From Chloroflexota bacterium (GTDB lineage: Bacteria; Chloroflexota; Dehalococcoidia; Lucifugimonadales; UBA3495): DNA of 64,000 nucleotides. Location of the stretch: positions 8,600-72,599 of the forward strand of contig VXTR01000052.1 of NCBI GenBank assembly GCA_009837355.1. The letters are read 5' to 3'. Both the position numbers and the translations under genes were made by a program. The notes under the pieces were generated by a model, which had not been told where the DNA came from, made no database searches, and saw only the letters and a program-made list of their open reading frames with translations. Positions 1 to 10,294 of the stretch are shown here, in pieces; the first letter of the stretch is position 1; every line of letters begins with the position of its first letter.

Positions 1-1
1 C

Positions 2-1168
2 GTGAGCCGCGCTATGGAAGAGGGCGGCTGGATTCGCCGCATGTTCGAGGTTGGCATCGCTCTCAAAGCGCAGTACGGCGAGGACAGCGTTTTTGACCTG
101 TCTTTGGGCAACCCGATTATGGAGCCGCCGGACGAGTTCCACGCTGAGCTGCTTCGAATCGCGCAAGCCCCGACGCCCGGGATGCACCGTTATATGCCCA
201 ACGCCGGCTATCCCGAAACGCGGCAGGCGGTGGCCGAAACGCTGTCGTCGGAGACCGGGTTGGCGTTCGGCGTGGGCGACATCGTGATGACGTGCGGCGC
301 GGCGGGAGCGGCCAACGTAGTGCTGCGGGCAATACTGAATCCGGGCGACGAGGTAATCATCCTGTCGCCGTTCTTTGGAGAGTACACATACTACATCCAG
401 AACCACCAGGGAACGCCGGTGATTGTGCCCACCAACGCCGAGTTCGGGCTGGATATTGATGCCATCGCTGCCGCTATCACCTCCCGAACGCGGGCAGTGA
501 TGCTCAACTCACCCAACAACCCATCCGGGGTGGTCTATCCAGCGGAGGATGTGGTCGCTCTGGCAGAGGCGCTGACCCAGGCCGAAGCCCGGTTCGGCTC
601 GGAGATTTTCATAATCAGCGACGAACCCTACCGGCGCATAATCTACGACGGGCTGGTGTACCCTCAGGTGTTCCCTCACTACGAGCGCACTATCGTTGTG
701 AACTCCCACGCCAAGGATTTAGGCCTGCCCGGAGAGCGCATCGGGCACATCGCCGTGCACCCCGATTATTCCGGCAAAGGGGAACTAATGGATGGGTTGG
801 TGTTCTGCAACCGGGTGCTTGGATTCGTCAACGCGCCGGCGCTGATGCAGCACGTCGTCCGCGCGGTTCAGGACGCATCCGTGGACGTGGGCGAGTACCA
901 GCGCAAGCGAGACTTTCTATACGACCGGCTGACCGGGATGGGATACTCGGTGGTGAAGCCGCAGGGCGCGTTCTACCTGTTCCCCCGTTCGCCACTGGAC
1001 GACGACGAGGCCTTCGTGGCGGCGTTGCAGGAGTACAACGTGCTAGTGGTGCCGGGCAAAGGCTTCGGCACGCCCGGCCACTTCCGCATCTCCTACTGCC
1101 TGGAGGATAGGGTGCTGGAGGGAGCGATGGACGGATTCTCGCGGGCTGCGGAGCAGTACCTGAGTTAG
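2..1168 (+). CDS. PLP-dependent class I/II aminotransferase (AspC/AlaT-like); 5' end at window edge
   Basis: 388-aa ORF from the window edge. SPNNPSG and SHAKDLGLPGERIG (PLP-lysine) motifs of fold-type I aminotransferases. The GTG at nt 2 may not be the true start. Confidence 0.85.
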   Translation: MSRAMEEGGWIRRMFEVGIALKAQYGEDSVFDLSLGNPIMEPPDEFHAELLRIAQAPTPGMHRYMPNAGYPETRQAVAETLSSETGLAFGVGDIVMTCGAAGAANVVLRAILNPGDEVIILSPFFGEYTYYIQNHQGTPVIVPTNAEFGLDIDAIAAAITSRTRAVMLNSPNNPSGVVYPAEDVVALAEALTQAEARFGSEIFIISDEPYRRIIYDGLVYPQVFPHYERTIVVNSHAKDLGLPGERIGHIAVHPDYSGKGELMDGLVFCNRVLGFVNAPALMQHVVRAVQDASVDVGEYQRKRDFLYDRLTGMGYSVVKPQGAFYLFPRSPLDDDEAFVAALQEYNVLVVPGKGFGTPGHFRISYCLEDRVLEGAMDGFSRAAEQYLS

Positions 1169-2298
1169 GGCCAGTTGGCGTCGGATTTCCGGGAGGGAAG
1201 GCGGACCATAGCGTTGCCTCGCGTGGTAACCTGCTGGCGCTGGTTCTCGCCCCAAATCTCCATATCCACCAGGTGCTCGCCGTCCTCCACGCGCTTGCCG
1301 ATAATTTTGCCCTTGCACCAAGTGGTGTCGCCGACGACGTTGAAACGGCGCAGTTCCACGTGCATGGCTTTCAGGAAGCCGTCGTCGCCCATCCAGTTGG
1401 TGAGCAGGTGGCCCATCCAGCAGCAGCGCTGGCAACCGTAGTCGTAGGCGCCGGGCAGACCGGCCGACTCGGCGGCCTCCTGGATGTCGTGCACGCGGAT
1501 GATGGCTTCCTGCGCGCCGGTGTTGGGGTCGGTGAAGCCCCACGAGGGATGGCGCAGCATCTCCCGCAGCTGGATGCCGTGGCTGATGCCGCCGATGCAG
1601 CCGGCGACGAAAGCGGTGATGTCGCCGTGGCTCAGCGGCCCTTTGACTACAGGGGTTAGCTCGTCACCCACGCTGACGTCCTCGAACCAGCGGGGGTTGT
1701 TGCCCCGAATTTCCTCGTTGAGGATGGCCTGGTGGATGGTTTCCAGCTCCTCGCGGGAATACTGGTAGGGTTCGAAGGTGTATTTCTGGCGTTCGCGGGC
1801 GGCGCTGCGCTCGGCGCGCACCTGCCAGCCCTTGGTTTTTGCGATCGCCTCGCCACGCTGGTTGTAGTAGCGGGTAACGCTGGACTGGATGACGATGCGG
1901 CCGGCGAACTCGCTCTCCTTTTCCTCCAAGCCGGTGAACTGCTCCTGGACGCTGATTTGGTCGTCCAGGTAAATGGGACGATACCACTCCCAATCGTTGC
2001 CGGCGTGAAAGCCGTGAACTCCGGGCAGTCCGCCGGTGCGCCCGGAACACCAATAGACGCTGTACAGGAAACAGGGCGGCGCGATGATGTTCCCGTATTT
2101 GCTGGTCTGGGCGTAGGAACGGTCCCAGTACAGGGGGTTGGTGTCGCCGATGCCCTGGCAGAAGTGGCGGATGGCGCTGCGGGAGGCTTCCTCGTTAAAC
2201 AGGCCGACGCCATACTGCCGGGGTCGGTTGAACATCCCGAGGCGGCTGCGGAGGCGGTCAAGTCCTTCCGGGGTGATTCTGCCGGATTCCAGTACCAT
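1165..2298 (-). CDS. MaoC/FAS1-like double hot-dog acyl dehydratase
   Basis: 377-aa ORF. N-terminal 'IRHFCQGIGDTNPLYWD' resembles the MaoC/FAS1-like dehydratase motif, and the length fits two hot-dog halves. Convergent 4-nt overlap with the aminotransferase gene. Confidence 0.7.
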   Translation of the reverse strand: MVLESGRITPEGLDRLRSRLGMFNRPRQYGVGLFNEEASRSAIRHFCQGIGDTNPLYWDRSYAQTSKYGNIIAPPCFLYSVYWCSGRTGGLPGVHGFHAGNDWEWYRPIYLDDQISVQEQFTGLEEKESEFAGRIVIQSSVTRYYNQRGEAIAKTKGWQVRAERSAARERQKYTFEPYQYSREELETIHQAILNEEIRGNNPRWFEDVSVGDELTPVVKGPLSHGDITAFVAGCIGGISHGIQLREMLRHPSWGFTDPNTGAQEAIIRVHDIQEAAESAGLPGAYDYGCQRCCWMGHLLTNWMGDDGFLKAMHVELRRFNVVGDTTWCKGKIIGKRVEDGEHLVDMEIWGENQRQQVTTRGNAMVRLPSRKSDANWP

Positions 2299-2537
2299 GA
2301 TGAGGTTTCCTCTCGTATCGTGATGCTCCGATGGTTGGAGAGGCCATTATAAACTACCGACGGCGCAGGGCAATCTGCTGCTGTGGCGCGGCATTTGACC
2401 CTCTGCCGGCTGCCGTCTATACTGCCGGCGGGTTGGCCGCCGACCACTATTCTTTTCCGGCCGGCCCGGCCGCTACCTCATTCCCGGCCGCTCACCGCTT
2501 CACGGCGACGGCGCTAACGTATCGAGGAGGTGTTATC

Positions 2538-3017
<480 letters not shown>

Positions 3018-3020
3018 GCG

Positions 3021-5426
3021 ATGACTACCCGTATTTTCGGTTCCGGCATTCGGCGGCGGGAGGACCCCCGCCTGATTACCGGTCAGGCCGCCTATACCGA
3101 CGACATCAAGTTGACCGGAATGGTACACGCTGCCATCCTGCGCAGCCCCCATGCTCACGCCCGCATCACCGGCATCAACACCGACGCTGCTAAAGCCGCC
3201 CCCGGCGTGCTGGCCGTCTATACCGGCGCGGACATCGAGGGAGTGCTGAACCCCATACCCTGCGCCTGGGCCATTCCCGACTCCGACCTCAAAGCCGTCG
3301 CCTATCCGGCCATCGCCAGCGACACCGTTCGCTACGTCGGCGACGCCGTGGCGGTCGTGGTGGCGGAAAATCGCTACCAGGCTGAGGACGCTCTGGAACT
3401 TATCGAGGTTGACTACTCGCCGCTGCCGACGGTTATCAATCCCGAGAAATCCCTGGACGCCGTATCAAAAAAAAAACAAGAGGACGCGCCCAACAACCAG
3501 GCGTTCCACTGGGTGGCCGCCGGCGGCGACACCGACGCCGCCTTCGCCGATGCCGCCATAACCGTCAGCGAGACCATCAACCAACAGAAACTTATCCCAA
3601 ACCCGATGGAGACCCGCTCCGCCATCGCTTCCTGGTCGCCGGCAATGGGCGAGCTCACCATCTGGAACACCACGCAGAACCCGCACATTGCCCGTTTCGT
3701 AACCTGCTTGGTTACCGGCGTTGCAGAGCACAAAATCCGCGTGATTGCGCCGGAAGTGGGCGGCGGGTTCGGCGCCAAGATTGCTGTCTATCCCTGGGAA
3801 ATGATTACCGCCTTCTGCTCCATGCAGTTGGGGGTCCCCGTCAAGTGGACGGAAACCCGCACCGAGAACTACATGGCCACCACCCACGGGCGCGACCACG
3901 TTGAATACGTAGAGATGGCCGCCAACGCCGACGGCAAGGTAACCGCCGTGCGTAGCGTGGTCTATGCCGGTATGGGCGCTTACCTGTCCACCGCCGCGCC
4001 GGGCATCCCGACGATTCTGCACGGCCTGATGTACTCCGGACCCTACGACATCGCCAACATCAAGGCCGACGTGTACGGCGTCTTCACCAACTCCACGCCC
4101 GTTGAGGCGTACCGCGGCGCCGGCCGTCCGGAAGCGACGTTCCTGCTGGAGAGGCTGATGGACAAGGTGGGCGACGCCGTGGGCATCGACTCGGTGGAAG
4201 TACGCCGCCGCAACCTAATCGAACCCTTTGACAACAACCGCGACGTCGCCATCGGCATCACCTACGACAGCGGCAATTACTCCAACGCGCTGGACCAGTT
4301 GTTGGGACACGTCGGCTACGACCAGTTCCGCAACGACCAGGCCCACGAGCGCGATCATGGAACTTTCCGGGGCATCGGGGTCGCCTGCTACTGCGAAATC
4401 TGCGGGCTTGGCCCCTCCCAGGTGGCCGGCGCCGTTGGATTCGGAGGCGGGTTGTGGGAATCCGCTACGGTGCGGATTTACGCTACCGGCAAGGTCAACG
4501 TGTTCATCGGCACGTCGCCCCACGGCCAGGGTGAGGAAACCACCTTCGCCCAAATCGTCGCCGACGAAATCGGCGTTGACGTGGACGACGTGGAAGTGGT
4601 GCACGGCGACACGGACACCACGCCCATGGGCTGGGGCACCTACGGCAGCCGGACCACCGTCGTCGGTGGCGCCGCCGTCGCCCTGACCATGCGCAAGCTC
4701 CGTGACAAGGCCAAGGTTATCGCCGCCCACCTGCTGGAGGCGGACGAGGCAGACATTGAGTACGCCGACGGACAGTTCTTCGTGCGGGGCGCGCCCGACC
4801 GGGCCCAGAGCATCCAGGACGTTGCGTTACAGGCCAACGTGGCCTGGAACCTGCCGGAAGGCATCGAGCCGGGTATGGAAGCCAGCACCTACTACGACCC
4901 GCCCAACTTCAGCTATCCCTTTGGGGCGCACGCGGCCATAGTCAGCATTGACCCGGACAACGGGCACATCACGCTGGACCGCTATGTCGCCGTTGACGAC
5001 TGTGGCCCGCAAATCAACCCCATGGTGGTCGAAGGACAGGTTCACGGCGGCGTGGTGCAAGGTGCCGGCCAGGCTCTCTGGGAGGGCGCCGTCTATGACG
5101 ACAACGGTCAGCTGCTCACCGGCTCCATGATGGACTATGCCATCCCGCGGGCCCACATGGTGCCGGACATAGAGGTGCATTCCACCGTAACGCCGTCGCC
5201 GCACAACCCGCTGGGCGTGAAAGGCATCGGCGAAACCGGCACCATCGCCTCCACCGCCGCCATCTACAGCGCAGTGATGGACGCCTTGAAGCCCATGGGA
5301 ATCGGCAGCCTGGATATGCCGCTGACTCCCGAGCGGGTCTGGCGCGCCATTCAGGAGAGCGGCTACACCGGCAACGGACACAGCCATAACCACGGCCACG
5401 ACCATGGCCATGGACACCAGCACTGA
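3021..5426 (+). CDS. Molybdopterin-binding large subunit, form II CoxL-like (putative, substrate unknown)
   Basis: 801 aa with xanthine dehydrogenase-family large-subunit architecture. The active-site loop reads AYRGAGR (nt 4107-4127), not the AYxCSFR of verified CO dehydrogenases. C-terminal tail is GNGHSHNHGHDHGHGHQH. Confidence 0.9.
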   Translation: MTTRIFGSGIRRREDPRLITGQAAYTDDIKLTGMVHAAILRSPHAHARITGINTDAAKAAPGVLAVYTGADIEGVLNPIPCAWAIPDSDLKAVAYPAIASDTVRYVGDAVAVVVAENRYQAEDALELIEVDYSPLPTVINPEKSLDAVSKKKQEDAPNNQAFHWVAAGGDTDAAFADAAITVSETINQQKLIPNPMETRSAIASWSPAMGELTIWNTTQNPHIARFVTCLVTGVAEHKIRVIAPEVGGGFGAKIAVYPWEMITAFCSMQLGVPVKWTETRTENYMATTHGRDHVEYVEMAANADGKVTAVRSVVYAGMGAYLSTAAPGIPTILHGLMYSGPYDIANIKADVYGVFTNSTPVEAYRGAGRPEATFLLERLMDKVGDAVGIDSVEVRRRNLIEPFDNNRDVAIGITYDSGNYSNALDQLLGHVGYDQFRNDQAHERDHGTFRGIGVACYCEICGLGPSQVAGAVGFGGGLWESATVRIYATGKVNVFIGTSPHGQGEETTFAQIVADEIGVDVDDVEVVHGDTDTTPMGWGTYGSRTTVVGGAAVALTMRKLRDKAKVIAAHLLEADEADIEYADGQFFVRGAPDRAQSIQDVALQANVAWNLPEGIEPGMEASTYYDPPNFSYPFGAHAAIVSIDPDNGHITLDRYVAVDDCGPQINPMVVEGQVHGGVVQGAGQALWEGAVYDDNGQLLTGSMMDYAIPRAHMVPDIEVHSTVTPSPHNPLGVKGIGETGTIASTAAIYSAVMDALKPMGIGSLDMPLTPERVWRAIQESGYTGNGHSHNHGHDHGHGHQH

Positions 5427-5455
5427 CCGGCCACGGAAAAGGAGGACTGATTGCA

Positions 5456-6334
5456 ATGTTTGCAGCAGAGTTTGAATACCGCAAGGCCGGCTCCATCGCG
5501 GAAGCGGTACAGTTGCTGGCCGACAACCCGGACGCCAAGCTGCTGGCCGGCGGCCACAGCCTGATTCCGTTGATGCGGTTCCGCCTGGCCCGCCCGGAGT
5601 TGCTCATCGACATCGGCGGCATCGCCAACCTGCGGGGCATCACCGTCAGCGGCGATACCATCAACATCGGAGCGCTGACTACTCACGCCGAAATCGCCGC
5701 GTCTGCCGAAGTGCAGCAGGCCAACGGATTGCTGGCAGAGGCGGCCGGCGGCATCGGCGACCCGGCAGTGCGCAACCGGGGAACCATCGGTGGCAACCTG
5801 GCCCACGCCGACCCTGCGTCAGACTGGGCTACCGTGCTGACCGCGCTGGGCGCAACGGTGTCGGCACAGGGACCATCGGGCAGCCGCACCATCGCGGTGG
5901 CCGACCTCATTGAGGACGCCTTCGCAACCGCGCTGGCCGAAAATGAGCTGATTGCCACGGTTTCCGTGCCGACCCTGGCCGCCAACCAGCGGGCGGAGTA
6001 CGCCAAGATGGCCCATCCGGCCAGCTTCTACGCCGTAGTGGGCGGCGCGGTGGTGGTAACCATGGACGGCGATCGCTGCACGGCGGCGTCCGTGGCCGTC
6101 GGTGGTCTGACGCCGCGCCCGGTGAAAGCGCCGTCGGTGGAGCAAGCATTAGCCGGAACCACGCTGACCATGGACAGCATCGCCGACGCTACGGCGCGCC
6201 TGAGCGACGACCTCAGCGCTGCCGGAGTGGACATCATCGGCGACGTGTATGCCTCCGCCGATTTCCGGGCCAGCGTAGCCCCGGTAGAGGTGAAGCACGC
6301 CCTGCTTCACGCCATTGGGCTGGCGCACCACTAG
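5456..6334 (+). CDS. FAD-binding medium subunit (CoxM/CutM-like)
   Basis: 292 aa with an N-terminal FAD-binding PCMH-type motif (LLAGGHSLIPLM). It lies directly downstream of the S and L genes, giving an S-L-M order. Confidence 0.88.
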   Translation: MFAAEFEYRKAGSIAEAVQLLADNPDAKLLAGGHSLIPLMRFRLARPELLIDIGGIANLRGITVSGDTINIGALTTHAEIAASAEVQQANGLLAEAAGGIGDPAVRNRGTIGGNLAHADPASDWATVLTALGATVSAQGPSGSRTIAVADLIEDAFATALAENELIATVSVPTLAANQRAEYAKMAHPASFYAVVGGAVVVTMDGDRCTAASVAVGGLTPRPVKAPSVEQALAGTTLTMDSIADATARLSDDLSAAGVDIIGDVYASADFRASVAPVEVKHALLHAIGLAHH

Positions 6335-6433
6335 GCTACCAATCGGAACCTTGTACCCCGCACAGTGCGTTGCTTGACTCTGTGCGGGGTGTATCATTTT
6401 AAGGCTCGAAACATCGACCTGCGAGGCCATACC

Positions 6434-7336
6434 TTGAAAATCTTGCTCACCAACGACGACGGCATTCACGCTTCCGGGCTGTGGGCTGCCGCCCGCAGCC
6501 TTTCCGCTGTCGGTGAAGTGGCCGTGGTCGCGCCCGACCGGGAGCAGTCCGGCGTCGGGGCGTCGATGACGCTGCACGCCCCGCTGTTCGCTCACCAGGT
6601 GCCGGCCGAGCAATACCTGTTGCAACACGCCCCCGGTGACGATACGCCACCCCGCAGCGCCGACGCCGTGCGGGAACCGTCCGGCAACGCCGACCTTGAC
6701 CTGCCCAACCCTATCACGGCCTGGGCCGTCCAGGGCACGCCCGCCGATTCGTGCATCCTGGCGCTGGAGCAACTGGTGAACCCGAAGCCCGACCTGGTGG
6801 TCAGCGGCATTAACCGGGGTTCCAACATGGGTTGGGACGTCATCGTCTCAGGGACGGTGGGCGCAGCGATACAGGGGTTCGTTCGTGGCTATCCCACCAT
6901 CGCCATATCCGTTGGTTCGGTGCAGTCGCCTCGCTACGGGCTGGCGGCGCAGGTAGTGGCCGCTCTGGCCCGCCGTCTGGCCGACGCGCCGGAGGTGTCG
7001 CCGCCGTACTTCCTAAACGTCAACGTACCCAACGAGCCGGCCGAGAAAATCGCCGGCGTGCGGATAACCCGCTTGGGCGGACGCGCCTACGGCGAGTCGG
7101 TGCGCACCGAGGAATCCTTCGGCCACCGTCGATACTGGATTTCCCGCAACCGGCCCATTCTTGCTGGGGGTGACGGCACCGACATATCCGCCCACAAGGA
7201 GAACCACATCACCATTACGCCCATGGGGATGGCTTTCTCCACCACCGACGAGCGCATCAATCTGGTGCAGGGATTGGTGGACGGTGCGGGTATTCTACCG
7301 ACGCCGGCGCCGGCTGCGGACGCTGCCGCGGTTTGA
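6434..7336 (+). CDS. surE: 5'/3'-nucleotidase SurE
   Basis: In-frame TTG 6434 gives the canonical SurE N-terminus 'LKILLTNDDGIHASGL'. GINRGSN motif present. About 300 aa, longer than typical because of an internal insert and a C-terminal Ala/Pro tail. Confidence 0.88.
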   Translation: MKILLTNDDGIHASGLWAAARSLSAVGEVAVVAPDREQSGVGASMTLHAPLFAHQVPAEQYLLQHAPGDDTPPRSADAVREPSGNADLDLPNPITAWAVQGTPADSCILALEQLVNPKPDLVVSGINRGSNMGWDVIVSGTVGAAIQGFVRGYPTIAISVGSVQSPRYGLAAQVVAALARRLADAPEVSPPYFLNVNVPNEPAEKIAGVRITRLGGRAYGESVRTEESFGHRRYWISRNRPILAGGDGTDISAHKENHITITPMGMAFSTTDERINLVQGLVDGAGILPTPAPAADAAAV

Positions 7337-7762
7337 CCGGCGGGGGTGTTCCGGCGATTCTTCACGGTGTCTTTGACTTGTGGCGAGGCCTGCGTCCGGT
7401 TCGGCGTAGGCGGCAAACCCTCCGGTGTCGCGGATGCGCCGGATGCGTGGGCGGTCGCGGGTCAGCCACAGCGCCTGCGTGACGATGGTCAGGAAGATGC
7501 CCGGTGCGGCCAGCGCCAGCAGCGTTGGGTCAACCAGAGGTTCCCCGTTCTGGAAGCGCAATTGCGTGCGCAGGAATATCCAGCCGCCGCCGACAATTAT
7601 CCAGGCCCAGGACAGCGCGCCGGAAACCACGCCGTTGTGCCAGGGCGAGCGGATGAACAGGATTGCGCTGCAGGGCCACCAGACGAAGGTAGGAACGATG
7701 AACCAGCCCTGGTAGTACCAGGGCTTGAGGGCATCGGGTGGTTGGGGAGGCGGTGAGGACAT
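7295..7762 (-). CDS. Small integral membrane protein, unknown function
   Basis: ATG at 7762 overlaps the upstream gene's stop (ATGA). Trp-rich hydrophobic segments (WFIVPTFVWWPCSAILFI, WAWIIVGGGWIFL, LLALAAPGIFLTIV) and an Arg-rich tail. Confidence 0.55.
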   Translation of the reverse strand: MSSPPPQPPDALKPWYYQGWFIVPTFVWWPCSAILFIRSPWHNGVVSGALSWAWIIVGGGWIFLRTQLRFQNGEPLVDPTLLALAAPGIFLTIVTQALWLTRDRPRIRRIRDTGGFAAYAEPDAGLATSQRHREESPEHPRRSNRGSVRSRRRRR

Positions 7763-8025
7763 CAGTTGCGGGCCAGCAGCACGTGAAACTCCAGCTCGCC
7801 GATGTGCCGCCCTTCGTTGATTGACGCTGCGGCGTACTCCAGGCACATGCGGGCGAAGCCGGGGTAATCGTACACGTTCCGGCCCAGCACCACCCGCGGA
7901 ATCACGCCTTCCAGGTCAACTTCCAGAAAGGTAGGGTCGTCGTCAACTACCCGCAGCTCAACGTCGCGGTTGGTGATGCGTTCCAGCTTGTCCTGCAAAC
8001 GCGCCAGGAAAACTTCGTCATCCAT
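7762..8025 (-). CDS. Hypothetical 87-aa cytosolic protein
   Basis: ORF with clean ATG. Its stop overlaps the start of the downstream membrane-protein gene. No family recognised. Confidence 0.5.
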   Translation of the reverse strand: MDDEVFLARLQDKLERITNRDVELRVVDDDPTFLEVDLEGVIPRVVLGRNVYDYPGFARMCLEYAAASINEGRHIGELEFHVLLARN

Positions 8026-8168
8026 TTTCCGATTGTCTCCGGGGCCGAGCCTTCAGCCGACGGTTGGTATTGTATCAGGTTCAAGGGCGATGGAGTTGCT
8101 ATGCTATGATGCACTGCCCATAACGCTGGCGTTGCTCACACCGTTTTCTGTTGGCATCCTCTCCGAAC

Positions 8169-8885
8169 ATGAACGAACAACTCGATAAGGGATTCAACCG
8201 TGCCATGGTCGTGGTCGCCCACGCCGATGACGCCGAATGGGGCTGCTCCGGCACAGTAGCCCGTTGGTGCGCCGAGGGCTGGGACGTGGCCTACGTGATT
8301 TGCACCGACGGGAGCAAGGGCAGCGACGATCCGGCGATGACCTCCGCGGAACTGGCAGCAATCCGCGAGGAGGAACAGCGAGAGGCGGCGCGGGTCCTGG
8401 GCCTGTCTCAGGTGTTTTTCCTGGGCTTTCCCGACGCTTACCTGGAATCCACGCTGCAGTTGCGCAAGGACATTTCGCGGGCGATTCGGATACACCGTCC
8501 CGACGTGCTGGTCTGCATGAACCCCGTTCGCAACCTGGACGGCGGCGGATACATCGACCACCCTGACCACTTCGCGTCCGGGGACGCGGCCTTGGGCGCG
8601 GTATATCCGGCGGCCCGGGACCGGCTGACCTTCCCTGAACTGCTCAACGAAGAGGGGCTGGAACCGCACAAGGTGCGGGAGGTCTGGATAATGGGGCGCA
8701 CGGAGCCTGACCACGTGGTGGACGTTACCGACCACATCGAAACCGCGGTAGCCGCCCTGCAAGCCCACCGGAGCCAGGTTGACCCGGAATCGGCGGACCG
8801 CTACCTGAAGGAATGGCGTCGCCGGGACGGGAAGCGTATCGGTGTGGAATACGCCGAAGTGTTCAAACGCTTCCGCCTGGGCTGA
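8169..8885 (+). CDS. PIG-L/LmbE-family N-acetylglucosaminyl deacetylase
   Basis: 'AMVVVAHADDAEWGCSG' and 'HPDH' zinc-site motifs. ATG 8169 preferred; in-frame TTG 8151 is an alternative. Confidence 0.85.
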   Translation: MNEQLDKGFNRAMVVVAHADDAEWGCSGTVARWCAEGWDVAYVICTDGSKGSDDPAMTSAELAAIREEEQREAARVLGLSQVFFLGFPDAYLESTLQLRKDISRAIRIHRPDVLVCMNPVRNLDGGGYIDHPDHFASGDAALGAVYPAARDRLTFPELLNEEGLEPHKVREVWIMGRTEPDHVVDVTDHIETAVAALQAHRSQVDPESADRYLKEWRRRDGKRIGVEYAEVFKRFRLG

Positions 8886-8903
8886 TCATCTCGCCGGTAT
8901 GAA

Positions 8904-10253
8904 TCACACCGGCGGCGTGAGCTCAACGCCCAGTGCCTGCTCGCACCACGCCGCCGCTGACAATAAACGGCTCTCCGCGAAGGGCGACGCAATCAGCTGT
9001 ATCGACAGAGGCAGGCCCGATTCCGCCAGACCGGACGGGAGGGCGATCGCCGGCAGGCCACAGGATGTCCACGGCCCCTGAAAGGCCGGGTCGCCGGTGT
9101 TGGTGCGGTCGGCTTGGGACGGCGCCGGGGTAGCCGGGGTCAGCAACACGTCGCACTGCTGCGAGAGTTTCTGCATATCGTCGATAAACGTCCGCCGCCG
9201 CTCCAACGCCCGGGCGTACACGATGCCGTCGGTTGCCAGGCCATCGGCCAGCATTGCGCGCAGCTTGGGCTGGTAGTCCTCGGCCTGGTTACGATACATC
9301 GGTTCGTGGAAGGATGCCGCCTCCACCGCCATTATCAGCAACTGGTCGTTGAAGGCCGTTTCGATGCTGTCGGGCATCGGCAGTTCTTCAATCTCGGCTC
9401 CCGCCTGTGCCAGCTGCTCGGCAACACCGTCCAGATGGCGCCGGGTTTCGGTATCGGCTCGCTCGTAGAAATAACGGCGGAGCAGGCCGATGCGCGGGAG
9501 AGGTGGGTCCGCAATGGCCGAAAGATAATCTCCCACCGGCTCCCGGGAGGATACCGGGTCGGCAGCGTCAGGCCCGGCCATCACCTGCAAGAGCAGCGCG
9601 GCGTCTTCCACCGTACGCACCAGCCAGCCCACGGTGTCGAGGTTCCAACTCACCGGAACAACGCCGCGCCGGCTCACCCGCCCGAAGGTCGGCTTGAACC
9701 CGACCACGCCGTTGTACGCCGCCGGGCGCAGCACCGAGCCCACGGTTTGGGAACCCATTGCCGCCGGGCACATCCTCGACGCCACGGCGACGGCCGAGCC
9801 GCTGCTGCTGCCGCCGGGGGTATGGGCCGGGTTCCAGGGGTTGAACGTCGGAGATGGGTCCAGGCAGGCGAACTCGGTGGTAACCGCCTTGCCCAGCATG
9901 ATTGCGCCGGCCCGTTTGAGCAGCGTCAGGGACACGGCGTCGTAGTCCGGCACAAAGTCCTTATAGACCTCGCTGCCGGCGCGGGTGGGGATGCCGGCGG
10001 TATAGTAGATGTCCTTCATGCCGATGGGCACGCCGTGCAGCGGGCCCAGGGGGCGGCCGCGGGATATGGCGGCGTCGGCGCCGGCAGCGTCAGCGAGCAC
10101 GGTTTCCCGGTCAACATAAACCCAGGCTTGTAGCCGCTCATCCAGCGATTCGATGCGGTCGAGACAAGCCTCAGCCAGTTCGGTGGCGGTGAGGCGTCGC
10201 TGGGCGATGGCGCGGGCAGCTTGGGCCGCGGTGAGTTCGTTGGGGTTGGGCAT
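8904..10253 (-). CDS. Amidase-signature (AS) family amidase
   Basis: 449 aa. Catalytic Lys context GVPIGMKD, Gly/Ser-rich GGSSSGSAVAVA, and GSVLRPAA nucleophile region. Confidence 0.88.
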   Translation of the reverse strand: MPNPNELTAAQAARAIAQRRLTATELAEACLDRIESLDERLQAWVYVDRETVLADAAGADAAISRGRPLGPLHGVPIGMKDIYYTAGIPTRAGSEVYKDFVPDYDAVSLTLLKRAGAIMLGKAVTTEFACLDPSPTFNPWNPAHTPGGSSSGSAVAVASRMCPAAMGSQTVGSVLRPAAYNGVVGFKPTFGRVSRRGVVPVSWNLDTVGWLVRTVEDAALLLQVMAGPDAADPVSSREPVGDYLSAIADPPLPRIGLLRRYFYERADTETRRHLDGVAEQLAQAGAEIEELPMPDSIETAFNDQLLIMAVEAASFHEPMYRNQAEDYQPKLRAMLADGLATDGIVYARALERRRTFIDDMQKLSQQCDVLLTPATPAPSQADRTNTGDPAFQGPWTSCGLPAIALPSGLAESGLPLSIQLIASPFAESRLLSAAAWCEQALGVELTPPV

Positions 10254-10294
10254 GAAGATACACCTCCGCTAGTTCATCAACGTTAGGGAGCCGG

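Noticed and set aside
2331-2537. N-terminal extension of the CoxS-like ORF
   Set aside because: The extension is Ala/Pro-rich with no homology to the family. A strong AGGAGG plus TTG at 2538 gives the normal roughly 160-aa length.
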